From the NCBI GenBank assembly GCA_028283955.1, contig JANQSP010000012.1:4579-68578 (forward strand): a stretch of DNA of 64,000 nt. Reading direction: 5' to 3'. Below the pieces are notes generated by a model that saw only the letters and a program-made list of their open reading frames with translations, did not search any database and was not told the origin of the DNA. This DNA is from Bdellovibrionales bacterium. GTDB lineage: Bacteria > Bdellovibrionota > Bdellovibrionia > Bdellovibrionales > UBA1609. The translations under genes were made by a program, and so were the position numbers. Position 1 is the first letter of the stretch. Every line of letters begins with the position of its first letter. Positions 25,607 to 34,926 of this stretch are shown here, piece by piece.

Positions 25607-26449
25607 ATGATTTTTTCCGAACAAACAAAGGCTCTCATATTCGGTTTTATTCAAGGGGTTTCCGAGTTTTTACCCATTTCCAGTTCCGGACATCTTGTCC
25701 TGTTACGCTCTGTTTTTAATATTCCTTCCTTTGACTTACTGTTTATCTTAATCCTGCATCTGGGAACACTGGCCGCCATCTTAAGTTACTATAGAAAAGA
25801 GTTATTGGAAATGTTTAAACATTTCTTTGCTCAGCCCTTGAATGTTTCCTCCCAGGGAAGGCTTATATATCTTTTAGCCTGGGCCACATTACCCGGAGTT
25901 TTAGGGGCTTTATTTCTTCTGCCATTGGTAAAAAAAAGTCTTTTTCAGATTCACTGGACAGGATGGGGTTTTATACTCACAGCTACCTGTCTCTTTTTCA
26001 CCCGCCAACGTTTGAAAAAAACAAGCCGGGAAAAACAAAACACTTCCCCTCTTAGTGCTGCTGAAACCTGGGAACAATTCTCTTTTACCACCGCTTTTCT
26101 CATCGGACTGGCGCAGGTATGCGCTTTTTTCCCCGGTATGAGTCGATCCGGATGGACTATTGCCACAGCCTTGTTTCTGGGCCAATCACAAAACAAAGCT
26201 GTTTGTTTTAGTTTTCTTTTGGCTATTCCGGCTATATTGGGAGGGGTATTATTCGAACTACTGAACGAGCCCATACAGAAAGGCACCTCTTTCTTCAACT
26301 TGGGACTCGCTTTTTTAAGCTCTTGGTTTTTTGGATACTTGGCCTTAAAATGGCTCATTCGTTCTCTACAAAGTTCCTACTTTCCTTTTTTTGCTTTTTA
26401 CCTTTGGCCAATGGGAATATTTATTATACTTTTTCTTAAAGACATTTGA
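25607..26449 (+). CDS. uppP: Undecaprenyl-diphosphate phosphatase
   Basis: GFIQGVSEFLPISSSGHL and PGMSRSG, both BacA/UppP signatures. Polytopic. Confidence 0.9.
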   Translation: MIFSEQTKALIFGFIQGVSEFLPISSSGHLVLLRSVFNIPSFDLLFILILHLGTLAAILSYYRKELLEMFKHFFAQPLNVSSQGRLIYLLAWATLPGVLGALFLLPLVKKSLFQIHWTGWGFILTATCLFFTRQRLKKTSREKQNTSPLSAAETWEQFSFTTAFLIGLAQVCAFFPGMSRSGWTIATALFLGQSQNKAVCFSFLLAIPAILGGVLFELLNEPIQKGTSFFNLGLAFLSSWFFGYLALKWLIRSLQSSYFPFFAFYLWPMGIFIILFLKDI

Positions 26450-26483
26450 AAAACAATAAAACCAAATAAATGAAGAGATTATC

Positions 26484-27632
26484 GTGAAGAAAAAATCAAT
26501 CACAAACAAACTGGCTTTTGCCACAAGAGCTATTCATGCCGGTCAGGAGCCGGACCCTCACACCGGTGCCGTCATGACACCTATCACTCTTTCTTCCACT
26601 TATGCACAAAGTGCACCGGGAAAGCATAAGGGTTATGAATACTCCCGCGTCTCCAACCCCACACGAAAAGCTCTGGAGGATTGCCTTAGTTCATTGGAAG
26701 GGGGTTCTTATGCCTTTGCCTGTGCTTCTGGAGTAGCTGCCAGTTCTTTAATATTTGAATTCTTAAACCCGGGAGATCTGCTAGTGGCAGAAGAGGATTT
26801 ATATGGAGGAAGTCTTAGAATTCTCACAAAAATTCTAAAACCCAGAGGTATTGACATTCATTTAATGGATTTATCCAAAACAGATAACATTTCCAAAATT
26901 CCTACAAAAGCTAAAATGGTATGGCTGGAAAGTCCCACTAATCCCCTAATGAAGCTGATTGATATTGAACAGATCAGCTCTTTCACCAAAAAACATAAGA
27001 TTTTATTGGCCGTAGACAATACCTTTTTAAGCCCCTTCTTTCAAAAGCCGCTCCAACTGGGAGCAGATATCGTTTTACACTCCGCCACCAAATATTTAAG
27101 TGGTCATTCAGACATCATCGCCGGAGTGGTTATCACAAACTGTCAAAAATTAGCAGAAAGACTGGCTTTTTGGAGTAAATCATTAGGTCCTGTATTATCT
27201 CCTTTTGACTCTTATCTCCTGCTAAGAAGTCTTAAAACCCTCCATATTCGAATGAAAGCTCACGAAGAAAATGCTTTGGAACTGGCCCGTTTTTTAGAAA
27301 AACAAAAATCAGTGAAAAAAGTTTTATATCCGGGTTTAAAATCCCACCCTCAGCACCCACTCGCTTTAAAACAGATGTCCGGGTTTGGTGGAATGATCAG
27401 TTTCTATTTAAAAGGAGGACAACGAGAGGTTTTTAAATGCCTCAGTCAGTTTCACATTTTTACCCTCGCTGAAAGTCTGGGAGGGGTAGAATCTTTAGTG
27501 GAACATCCTTCAAGCATGACTCATGCCTCTTCACCTCATCCCCCGCACGAATCCCTGATTCGTATCAGCACGGGTATAGAGGATATAGAAGATTTAAAAA
27601 AAGATATTTTACAAGCCCTTAAAAACCTTTAA
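26484..27632 (+). CDS. Cys/Met-metabolism PLP enzyme (cystathionine gamma-lyase/beta-lyase family)
   Basis: 382 aa with a GTG start. ...YSRVSNPT... and SATKYLSGHSD (PLP Lys). Confidence 0.85.
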   Translation: MKKKSITNKLAFATRAIHAGQEPDPHTGAVMTPITLSSTYAQSAPGKHKGYEYSRVSNPTRKALEDCLSSLEGGSYAFACASGVAASSLIFEFLNPGDLLVAEEDLYGGSLRILTKILKPRGIDIHLMDLSKTDNISKIPTKAKMVWLESPTNPLMKLIDIEQISSFTKKHKILLAVDNTFLSPFFQKPLQLGADIVLHSATKYLSGHSDIIAGVVITNCQKLAERLAFWSKSLGPVLSPFDSYLLLRSLKTLHIRMKAHEENALELARFLEKQKSVKKVLYPGLKSHPQHPLALKQMSGFGGMISFYLKGGQREVFKCLSQFHIFTLAESLGGVESLVEHPSSMTHASSPHPPHESLIRISTGIEDIEDLKKDILQALKNL

Positions 27633-27722
27633 CAAGACTGAGCAGAGAATGACAAGAAAAGAGCAAAATCATAATTTTATTGTTGTTTTTTTCCATTGAA
27701 GATTATTTATTAAGGAAATACT

Positions 27723-27795
27723 GGCTCGGTAGCTCAGTCGGTAGAGCAGGAGACTGAAAATCTCTGTGTCGGCGGTTCGATTCCGTCCCGAGCCA
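27723..27795 (+). tRNA. tRNA-Phe (anticodon GAA)
   Basis: GGCTCGGTAGCTCAGTCGGTAGAGCAGGAGACTGAAAATCTCTGTGTCGGCGGTTCGATTCCGTCCCGAGCCA. The 7-bp acceptor stem is GGCTCGG/CCGAGCC, the anticodon loop is CTGAAAA, and a T-loop GGTTCGATTCC is present. CCA is not encoded. Confidence 0.95.
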
Positions 27796-27976
27796 TGTGT
27801 TATATCTCTATTTATTCCCTTTTTTTAAGCTTATTTCACCTTACTCTATAAAATAAAGACAGTTGTTTAAAGTTTAAACACTTCCTGGACGATAAATAAA
27901 CAATACAGGAAATGAAAGGGTAAAAACACATCCTTTCGTCTTGTACCTGAAAAATCTAAAAATAGGGGAAAAAATT

Positions 27977-29554
27977 ATGATCCATTGGAATGATTTAAAA
28001 AATCTCCACGTCATCAAACAAACCAAAAACGTTATTCACAAATGGTGGAAAGTGGATGTACTGATCATAGACGAAAAAAGTATTGTAGATCACCCATCAG
28101 ACTTCAAAGAAACTTTCCAAAATCCCCTGATACAGGAAATATTTCAACAGGAACCCGCACGGGAAGCTTTTTTTAAAACAATTAAATTTATCTATACACA
28201 AAATCATCAAAAAGTTTCCGGTTTTTTTGAAAAATGGCCTAACACCGGACTGAACCTGTTTATCACCCCTATTAAGGGCTATTCTCACATGGCAGGATTC
28301 ATTATTGCCACCGGTTTTTTATCTTCGGAAGAAAACCAGGAGTGGGAAGCAGCAAAACAACAATGGTCTAATATGGGAATCTCACAAAAATGGTACTCAG
28401 ATAACAACAAAGACTATATCCCTTTTATACCACAAGAGGATAAAAATCATTTTATAGACCTGATGGAAATAATGGCTGCGGAGATAGCGTCTGTTCAAAA
28501 AGAATTCACGGAAAAGAATCAACAAATGACTGAAATACTTAAGTCTTACAATCTTTCTTATGGAGGTATGGTAGGAAAATCAAAAGTAATGCACCAACTA
28601 TATAATTTACTGGATAAAATCAAACACTCACAAAATACTATTCTTATTCAGGGAGAAAACGGTACGGGAAAAGAGTTAATTGCCAAATCCATTCACCAAA
28701 ACTCCCTAAGAAAAAATCAGGCTTTTATCGTTCAAAACTGCTCTGCTCTTAATGACAATCTTCTGGAATCAGAATTATTTGGCCATGTAAAAGGAGCTTT
28801 TACAGGAGCTTATAAAGACAAAAAAGGTTTATTTGAATTAGCCGACAAAGGAAGTTTTTTCCTGGATGAAGTAGGGGATACCTCTCCCGCCATGCAGGTT
28901 AAATTATTAAGGGTTATTCAAGAGGGAACTTTTTTTCCTGTGGGAGGCACAGAACCAAAAAAAGTAGATGTACGTATCATCGCAGCCACCAATAGAGACC
29001 TTAAAAAACTGGTGGAAGAAGGCACATTCCGTGAAGATCTTTACTATCGTTTAAATGTTATTAATATACAGGTACCCCCTCTGAGAGAAAGAACGGAGGA
29101 CATTGCCCTGCTGGCGGATTTTTTTATTAATCGTTTTAGTCAACAACCTAAAATACTGACAAAAAAATCCCTGGAAAGACTGAGTCAGTATGCCTGGCCC
29201 GGTAATGTAAGGGAACTGCAAAACGAAGCGGAAAGACTGGCGGTCTTTACCGGCAGCGACACTTACATTAAAGAAGAGGCTTTATCAGAAAAAATCAGAA
29301 ATAAGGATAATCAAATACCATTTGGATCTTTCCTAAACACGAACAACAGTGGAAAAACCATGAAGAAAGCCATTGCCCAGTTAGAACGTCAAATGATTTC
29401 CCAGTGTTTAAAACAAGAAGGATGGAACAAAACCAAGGTAGCTAAAAAACTGGGAATTTCCCGAGCCGCTTTGGTCTCCAAAGTAAAAGATTATAAACTG
29501 GAAAGAAGATCCTTCAGAAATGAACCGGCTTTAAGAAAAAAAAGTAGTGTATAA
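27977..29554 (+). CDS. Sigma-54-dependent transcriptional activator (NtrC-family AAA+ with a Fis-type HTH) and a non-receiver N-terminal domain
   Basis: GENGTGKELIAKSIH (Walker A), ESELFGHVKGAFTGA (GAFTGA), and a C-terminal HTH (KTKVAKKLGISRAALVSKV). Preferred start is the ATG at 27977, with agggga upstream. Confidence 0.9.
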   Translation: MIHWNDLKNLHVIKQTKNVIHKWWKVDVLIIDEKSIVDHPSDFKETFQNPLIQEIFQQEPAREAFFKTIKFIYTQNHQKVSGFFEKWPNTGLNLFITPIKGYSHMAGFIIATGFLSSEENQEWEAAKQQWSNMGISQKWYSDNNKDYIPFIPQEDKNHFIDLMEIMAAEIASVQKEFTEKNQQMTEILKSYNLSYGGMVGKSKVMHQLYNLLDKIKHSQNTILIQGENGTGKELIAKSIHQNSLRKNQAFIVQNCSALNDNLLESELFGHVKGAFTGAYKDKKGLFELADKGSFFLDEVGDTSPAMQVKLLRVIQEGTFFPVGGTEPKKVDVRIIAATNRDLKKLVEEGTFREDLYYRLNVINIQVPPLRERTEDIALLADFFINRFSQQPKILTKKSLERLSQYAWPGNVRELQNEAERLAVFTGSDTYIKEEALSEKIRNKDNQIPFGSFLNTNNSGKTMKKAIAQLERQMISQCLKQEGWNKTKVAKKLGISRAALVSKVKDYKLERRSFRNEPALRKKSSV

Positions 29555-29606
29555 TTTTTAAACTGTTACAGCACTTTTTTCTTTAAAGAAGGGTCCGGGT
29601 CAGCTC

Positions 29607-29777
29607 CTATTTTTTCATGTCTTTTTTATAAAAGGGAATAGGTTCAGAAAAACCCAAAAATTTCTGGGACTCAATAGATTTTGGAAAAAGCCACACAGTA
29701 AATCCAAAAAAGAGAAACAATAAAACGAGAAAATAATCACGTCTTTTCTTAATCAGGAAAAATCTTTTCTTCATCAT
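29607..29777 (-). CDS. Possible small membrane protein, 56 aa
   Basis: Below the track cutoff. MMKKRFFLIKKRRDYFLVLLFLFFGFTVWLFPKSIESQKFLGFSEPIPFYKKDMKK has a basic N-terminus and one TM segment. The SD is weak. Confidence 0.3.
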   Translation of the reverse strand: MMKKRFFLIKKRRDYFLVLLFLFFGFTVWLFPKSIESQKFLGFSEPIPFYKKDMKK

Positions 29778-30017
29778 CCCACTCTTTTTCTATGATAAAC
29801 AGGGAAAGCACCTGACTTTAATCTTGCACACAAAATGTCCCGGAACAGAAATATTTTTATATTATCCATACGAATCCCGTCTTTCAGTCCAGGATCCCAG
29901 ACTCTCATCAATAAAAAACAGAAAGGGATTTGATAAAAAGATAAACCTATATGGCTCTGGCAGGGATTTTTAATGGTGTAAAAGCAAAGGCTCTTTTAAA
30001 TTCTGTTTACAACACAT

Positions 30018-30665
30018 TTATTTATTAATTGAACGTCCTGCTGATTTCAGAAACTGTGCCAGACCTTTATCTGTAAGAGGATGTTCAACCATTTTTGAAA
30101 ACAAAGCAGGAGGAATAGTAACGATATCCGCTCCTATTTCAGAAGCGGCCAACACATGAGAAAGATGCCTAACACTGGCTACCAACACTTTGGTTTTTAC
30201 TTGATATTGAGAAAAGATGTGTATGACTTGAGATACCATCTCCATTCCATCCACCCCTATATCATCCAGCCGGCCTACAAATACGGATACAAAAGTGGCA
30301 CCCGCCTTAGCCGCCGACAAAGCCTGAAGAGCGGAAAAACAAAGGGTCAGATTAGTGGAAATATTTTCTTCGCTAAGACAGGCAGTAGCAACAAGCCCCT
30401 CTTTCGTTAAAGGCAGTTTTACCACCACTTGCGGGTGAAGCCCCGCCAGGACATGGGCCTCTTTAATCATTTCCTCAGAAGAGGTCGCCAGAACCTCCGC
30501 ACTAACGGGCCCCTTTACCTCCTTACAAATAGAACGAATCAAACTATGGTGTTCCGCTCCGCTGTCAGCCACCAAAGTAGGGTTTGTTGTCACCCCATCC
30601 AAAGGAAACCACCGGTTTATCTCTTTTATCTTTTCCAAGTCAGCCGTATCCACAAAAAACTGCAT
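30018..30665 (-). CDS. tal: Transaldolase (short, fructose-6-phosphate aldolase-like subfamily)
   Basis: MQFFVDTADLEKIKE...GVTTNPTL... and VVVKLP (Schiff-base Lys). Confidence 0.9.
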   Translation of the reverse strand: MQFFVDTADLEKIKEINRWFPLDGVTTNPTLVADSGAEHHSLIRSICKEVKGPVSAEVLATSSEEMIKEAHVLAGLHPQVVVKLPLTKEGLVATACLSEENISTNLTLCFSALQALSAAKAGATFVSVFVGRLDDIGVDGMEMVSQVIHIFSQYQVKTKVLVASVRHLSHVLAASEIGADIVTIPPALFSKMVEHPLTDKGLAQFLKSAGRSINK

Positions 30666-30705
30666 ACTCTTTTCCTTGTTTGTATATAACAGACAGGCAA
30701 CTGTA

Positions 30706-31404
30706 TCACTTCATATACAGATCTTCAAAAGAATAAAGCCCCGGAGGTTTTTTCACCAACCACTTTAAAGCTCTTAAAGCCCCCTCAGCAAATAAAAGCC
30801 GACTGAGAGCTCTATGCTCCACTAGAACAACTTCTTCCGAACTCTTAAAATAGATTCGGTGAGTACCAAATTCCCGGCCCTTACGAATACTTTTTATTTT
30901 TAATTTTTTTCGAGCAAAAGACGGAAAGTGTTTCTGTAACTTTAACGCCGTACCACTGGGTTTATCTTTTTTATTTTTATGGTGAATATCCTCCAGTAAA
31001 ATATCACAAGGTTGCTCGGAAACATTATTTATCCACCTTTTTATTTGCCAGATTCCCCAACTCATATTTTCTTCATAAAAAACAGGAATTTTATGTGAAG
31101 CCAATGCAAGTAACTTTTTATGTGACACCCCTAAAGCTGTCGTTCCGCTCACAAAGGGTTTTTTATTCTCAAGACTCCACCTTAAGGCCATCTTAAATAA
31201 CTCCGGTGAAGAAAAATCAATCACACCTTCCACCCGCTGTTTATTCCATCCATCAAAAGCTTTCAGAGGAGGGGCCTGCTCCACCAACACAAAACCGGAG
31301 TTTCTTTTTCCTATCAGTTCTTTTACAGCCCCCCCCATACGTCCGGAAGAGCCGCTCAAGCCCACCTTTATTTTAACTGATACTGACTGTTTTTGTTTTC
31401 TCAT
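30706..31404 (-). CDS. dapB: 4-hydroxy-tetrahydrodipicolinate reductase
   Basis: KVGLSGSSGRMGGAV (NAD(P) loop) and HHKNKKDKPSGTALKL, matching the DapB motif E-x-HH-x-x-K-x-D-x-PSGTA. Confidence 0.85.
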   Translation of the reverse strand: MRKQKQSVSVKIKVGLSGSSGRMGGAVKELIGKRNSGFVLVEQAPPLKAFDGWNKQRVEGVIDFSSPELFKMALRWSLENKKPFVSGTTALGVSHKKLLALASHKIPVFYEENMSWGIWQIKRWINNVSEQPCDILLEDIHHKNKKDKPSGTALKLQKHFPSFARKKLKIKSIRKGREFGTHRIYFKSSEEVVLVEHRALSRLLFAEGALRALKWLVKKPPGLYSFEDLYMK

Positions 31405-31419
31405 AAAAAAATTTAGACC

Positions 31420-32370
31420 TTATAAAAGGTTTACCTCTTTTAAACTTTCTTTTAACAGTTGGCTTTCCTTTTCAGCCAAAGACACCAAAGGACTTCTCAT
31501 TTCAGTAGTGGAAAAAATACCTAAAAGGTTCAAGGCCATCTTGATTCCTATAGGATTACTTTCATAATAAATATTTTTCAAAAGCCCTGTATATTTTTTT
31601 TTGTATTCCATTAAAGAGTTTTCTATCTGACTCCCCGAACTTTGTTTTATTTTTTGAAACACACTTTTCATTTCCTTTGCTATAACATGACTAACAACGG
31701 AGATCACTCCCTGAGCTCCGAGGGCACAAAGGTCAAAGCAAGTATCATCATCCCCACTTAATAATATAAAGTCGCCTTGCCTGACGATCTCCTTACCTAA
31801 ATCCAAATCTCCGGAAGCCTCTTTAATACCTATAATATTAGGATGCCGACTGAGTTCTATAATACTTTCTAAAGACAGTCCCACTCCGGTACGAGACGGA
31901 ACGTTGTACAAAATCACCGGAAGTTTACTTTCCTCCGCCAGAGTTTTAAAATGTTTTACTAATCCCCTTTGGGGAGGTTTATTATAATAAGGAACCACCG
32001 CCAGAACGGCATCTGCCATCAGCCGCTCCGCCATTTTTATATTTTCCAATGTTTTTTGCGTACAGTTTCCACCCACACCCAAAATTAAAGGCCTTTCCCC
32101 GGCCTCCTCTTTAGTCCACTTAACCAGTTGCTCCACTTCTGTTGGAAAAAGACAAGGGCTTTCCGCTGTAGTGCCGTTAACGACAAAACCATTCACTCCC
32201 TGACCAATCTGAAAATGAAGTAACTTCTTAAAAGAGACAGAGTCCAATTTTCCCTGTAAAAAGGGAGTAGCCAAAGCCGTAATAATTCCGCTTATATTTT
32301 TCACCTTCGTTTGCCCAATGTGTTTATTAAACAAACTCTCAAAATAAACCGGGGGTTTACTTTTTGTCAC
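31420..32370 (-). CDS. dapA: 4-hydroxy-tetrahydrodipicolinate synthase
   Basis: GIITALATPF..., NGTTAESP and YNVPSRTG motifs. Adjacent to dapB. Confidence 0.9.
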   Translation of the reverse strand: MTKSKPPVYFESLFNKHIGQTKVKNISGIITALATPFLQGKLDSVSFKKLLHFQIGQGVNGFVVNGTTAESPCLFPTEVEQLVKWTKEEAGERPLILGVGGNCTQKTLENIKMAERLMADAVLAVVPYYNKPPQRGLVKHFKTLAEESKLPVILYNVPSRTGVGLSLESIIELSRHPNIIGIKEASGDLDLGKEIVRQGDFILLSGDDDTCFDLCALGAQGVISVVSHVIAKEMKSVFQKIKQSSGSQIENSLMEYKKKYTGLLKNIYYESNPIGIKMALNLLGIFSTTEMRSPLVSLAEKESQLLKESLKEVNLL

Positions 32371-32444
32371 GATATTTTAACCGGTTAATCACGGACAAAA
32401 GGAATATTTTTCTTAAAAACCCCGCCCTTTTAAACACTTCACAA

Positions 32445-34772
32445 CTATTTATGTATTAATACTTCACGAGGTTTACTGCCTCTGGCCGGACCTACAATTC
32501 CCTCTTCTTCCAGGCGATCAATCAGTCGGGCCGCACGAGGATAGCCTAAGCCATATTTTCTTTGTAAGTGAGAAGCGCTTACTTCCTTTAACTCAGAAAC
32601 ATAAGAAAAAATTTCCTCATATTTTTGATCTTCCTGCTCTAAAAAGATATTCTCTCCGGTTTTAAAAGGAGAAGTTTCATTAGAGGACAACTTTATAATA
32701 TAAGGATTTCCCGGAGTCTGTCTTTTCCAGAATCGAACAACAGACAACACTTCCTGCTCTTTCACAAAAGGACCATGATATCTTTCCGGTCGAGCCTGGC
32801 CCGGCCCCAAATATAGCATATCCCCTTGGGATAAAAGCCTCTCCGCACCCCCTTCATCCAATATAATCCGGGAATCAATACGAGAGGAAACTTTAAAACT
32901 AATTCTTCCGGGAATATTGGTTTTTATCAAACCTGTCACCACATCCTTTCTAGGGCTTTGCATAGATAAAATTAAATGTATTCCACAGGCTCTGGCCATT
33001 TGAGCCAGACGCACGACAGAGCTTTCAATGCGACTGCGTTCAGGAGAACTCATCAAATCACCAAACTCCTCCAAAACAACACAGATATAAGGTTGAGGAG
33101 AAAAATAATAACTTTTTTCCGCATCTTCATCCAAAGACTCTGCAATCTCTTTATGCTTTTGAATTTCTTGTGATTCCAGGCTTTTTGTCTTCTCATTAAA
33201 ACCGGCCAAATCCCGCACATGGAAATGAGCCATAGAACGATATCGCTTATACATTTCATTTAAACACCATTGTAATGCCACCACCGCTTCCTTTGATTCG
33301 CGAATAGGAGGGGCCAACAGATGCGGTAAACCGGCAAAAACACTTAAGTCCACCCTTTTAGGGTCCACCAACAACAGACGCAGACTTTCCGGAGTATGAC
33401 GAAACAAAAGACTTAAAAGAAAAGAAACAATGAAAACAGACTTACCAGAGCCGGTGGAACCAGCCACCATTAAATGAGGAATCTTACCTAGATCCTCAAT
33501 AGCTGAACGCCCATCAACATGGCGCCCTAAGACCAACGGCAAATGATGAGCACTCTGCCAAAACATGGATTCATCAATAAGATCTTTTAAAAATACCACC
33601 TGTCTTTTTGTATGAGCTGTTTCAATACCCACCACATCCCGACCGGGAATAGGAGCGATAATCCTTATAGATTTGCTTTTCAAAGCAATCATCAAATCAT
33701 CTTCCATTTGTGTGATACGGGCCACTTTAACATGATCTTCCGGTTTAAACTCAAATAAAGTAATAACTGGGCCAGATCGAATATTGGTAATTTCACCTGA
33801 TATGGAAAACTGTCTTAACTTCTTTTTTAATCGTTCTGCATCCTGCTGACTTTCCTGAGTGCTCAGCTTGAAAGAAGAAACAGAAGAGGTGCTGAGCAAT
33901 TCTGTCGTAGGTAATACCCACTTCACTTCTGAAGTGTTCAAAGGTATTTTAAATTGCTGTTGCAGCTCCTCCTCTTCCTCTTGGAAAAAATAATCTTTTC
34001 CTCCGGAGATGTTATCAGGAAAGAGATTGAGTTCATCTTCAGATTTCTTCGCAACGGAGTCCTCAACACAAAAAGAGGGAAGAGAAGAATCGCTTTCTTC
34101 CCTCATACCCACTTTTCTCTTTAAAAAAGAAAACACCGGAGTAAGAACAGATATACAAAATCCAGGCACTTTTAGTGCAACATAACGACAGCGGGAAATA
34201 AAAGCCAAAGTGAGTTTCATTCCCTCTTTCCTTAAAAGAACAACAAACTTTATAAAAAAATCAGAAACGGAACTTTTTGTAATTAAAACAAACAGAATCA
34301 AGGCTGCCGACCATAATACAAGTAACTGGCCTGGAAAATGTAAAAAAGGGGCACTTGTTTTTACTACCGTTCGACCTAAAATCCCCCCCGGATGAATATG
34401 CCCTTCAAAGAAACTCCTACCAGGTTGATGCAAATCCAAAAGAGAAGAACAAACAAAAACACTAAAAGTCAGTATCACTATGTTATTCATCCACTCCATG
34501 GCAAACAGTTTCCTTTGAAAGGCCAGCATGGATTGTCTTAAAGCCAAAAAAACAAGAACCCAGGAACCCAAGCCAAAGAATTGATATAATAAGTCCGATA
34601 TAAAAGAACCCAGATAGCCACATTTGTTTTGTACATCCGCAAGTGTACCGATAGAATTAAAAGAAGGATCCAAAGGATGATAACTGCTCAAAGCCAAACT
34701 AAAAAACAGAGCTACAGCCAACCAAAGCAAGCCAACAATATCCGCACGATATCCATAAAATACTGCTTTCAT
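32445..34772 (-). CDS. ftsK: DNA translocase FtsK/SpoIIIE
   Basis: N-terminal TM domain, a linker, a motor domain with GSTGSGKS, and a C-terminal winged-helix gamma domain (YPRAARLIDRLEEEGIVG). The ATG at 34772 is preferred; the track ORF starts at a GTG at 34916. Confidence 0.9.
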   Translation of the reverse strand: MKAVFYGYRADIVGLLWLAVALFFSLALSSYHPLDPSFNSIGTLADVQNKCGYLGSFISDLLYQFFGLGSWVLVFLALRQSMLAFQRKLFAMEWMNNIVILTFSVFVCSSLLDLHQPGRSFFEGHIHPGGILGRTVVKTSAPFLHFPGQLLVLWSAALILFVLITKSSVSDFFIKFVVLLRKEGMKLTLAFISRCRYVALKVPGFCISVLTPVFSFLKRKVGMREESDSSLPSFCVEDSVAKKSEDELNLFPDNISGGKDYFFQEEEEELQQQFKIPLNTSEVKWVLPTTELLSTSSVSSFKLSTQESQQDAERLKKKLRQFSISGEITNIRSGPVITLFEFKPEDHVKVARITQMEDDLMIALKSKSIRIIAPIPGRDVVGIETAHTKRQVVFLKDLIDESMFWQSAHHLPLVLGRHVDGRSAIEDLGKIPHLMVAGSTGSGKSVFIVSFLLSLLFRHTPESLRLLLVDPKRVDLSVFAGLPHLLAPPIRESKEAVVALQWCLNEMYKRYRSMAHFHVRDLAGFNEKTKSLESQEIQKHKEIAESLDEDAEKSYYFSPQPYICVVLEEFGDLMSSPERSRIESSVVRLAQMARACGIHLILSMQSPRKDVVTGLIKTNIPGRISFKVSSRIDSRIILDEGGAERLLSQGDMLYLGPGQARPERYHGPFVKEQEVLSVVRFWKRQTPGNPYIIKLSSNETSPFKTGENIFLEQEDQKYEEIFSYVSELKEVSASHLQRKYGLGYPRAARLIDRLEEEGIVGPARGSKPREVLIHK

Positions 34773-34926
34773 TAACAATAGTGTAAAAAAGGAAAAGGAA
34801 TAACAAAAGTCCAATTTTTTACTTGATAAACAGATACTTTTATTGTCACATCCTGTAATGCCCTTTTCCAAAAACAAGACAAGCCGCTTTGACCGAAAAA
34901 AAATCTTCTCCAACACGGAAGATCAA

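Noticed and set aside
27723-29554. tRNA-Phe as the integration site of a genomic island
   Set aside because: I saw no integrase, no direct repeat of the tRNA 3' end downstream and no compositional break. The flanking genes are ordinary chromosomal genes.
29952-29970. tggctctggcagggatttt as a possible sigma-54 (-24/-12) promoter near the sigma-54 activator
   Set aside because: The -12 element (TTGC) is missing at the required spacing, and no plus-strand gene follows it. The next genes (tal, dapB, dapA, ftsK) are on the minus strand.
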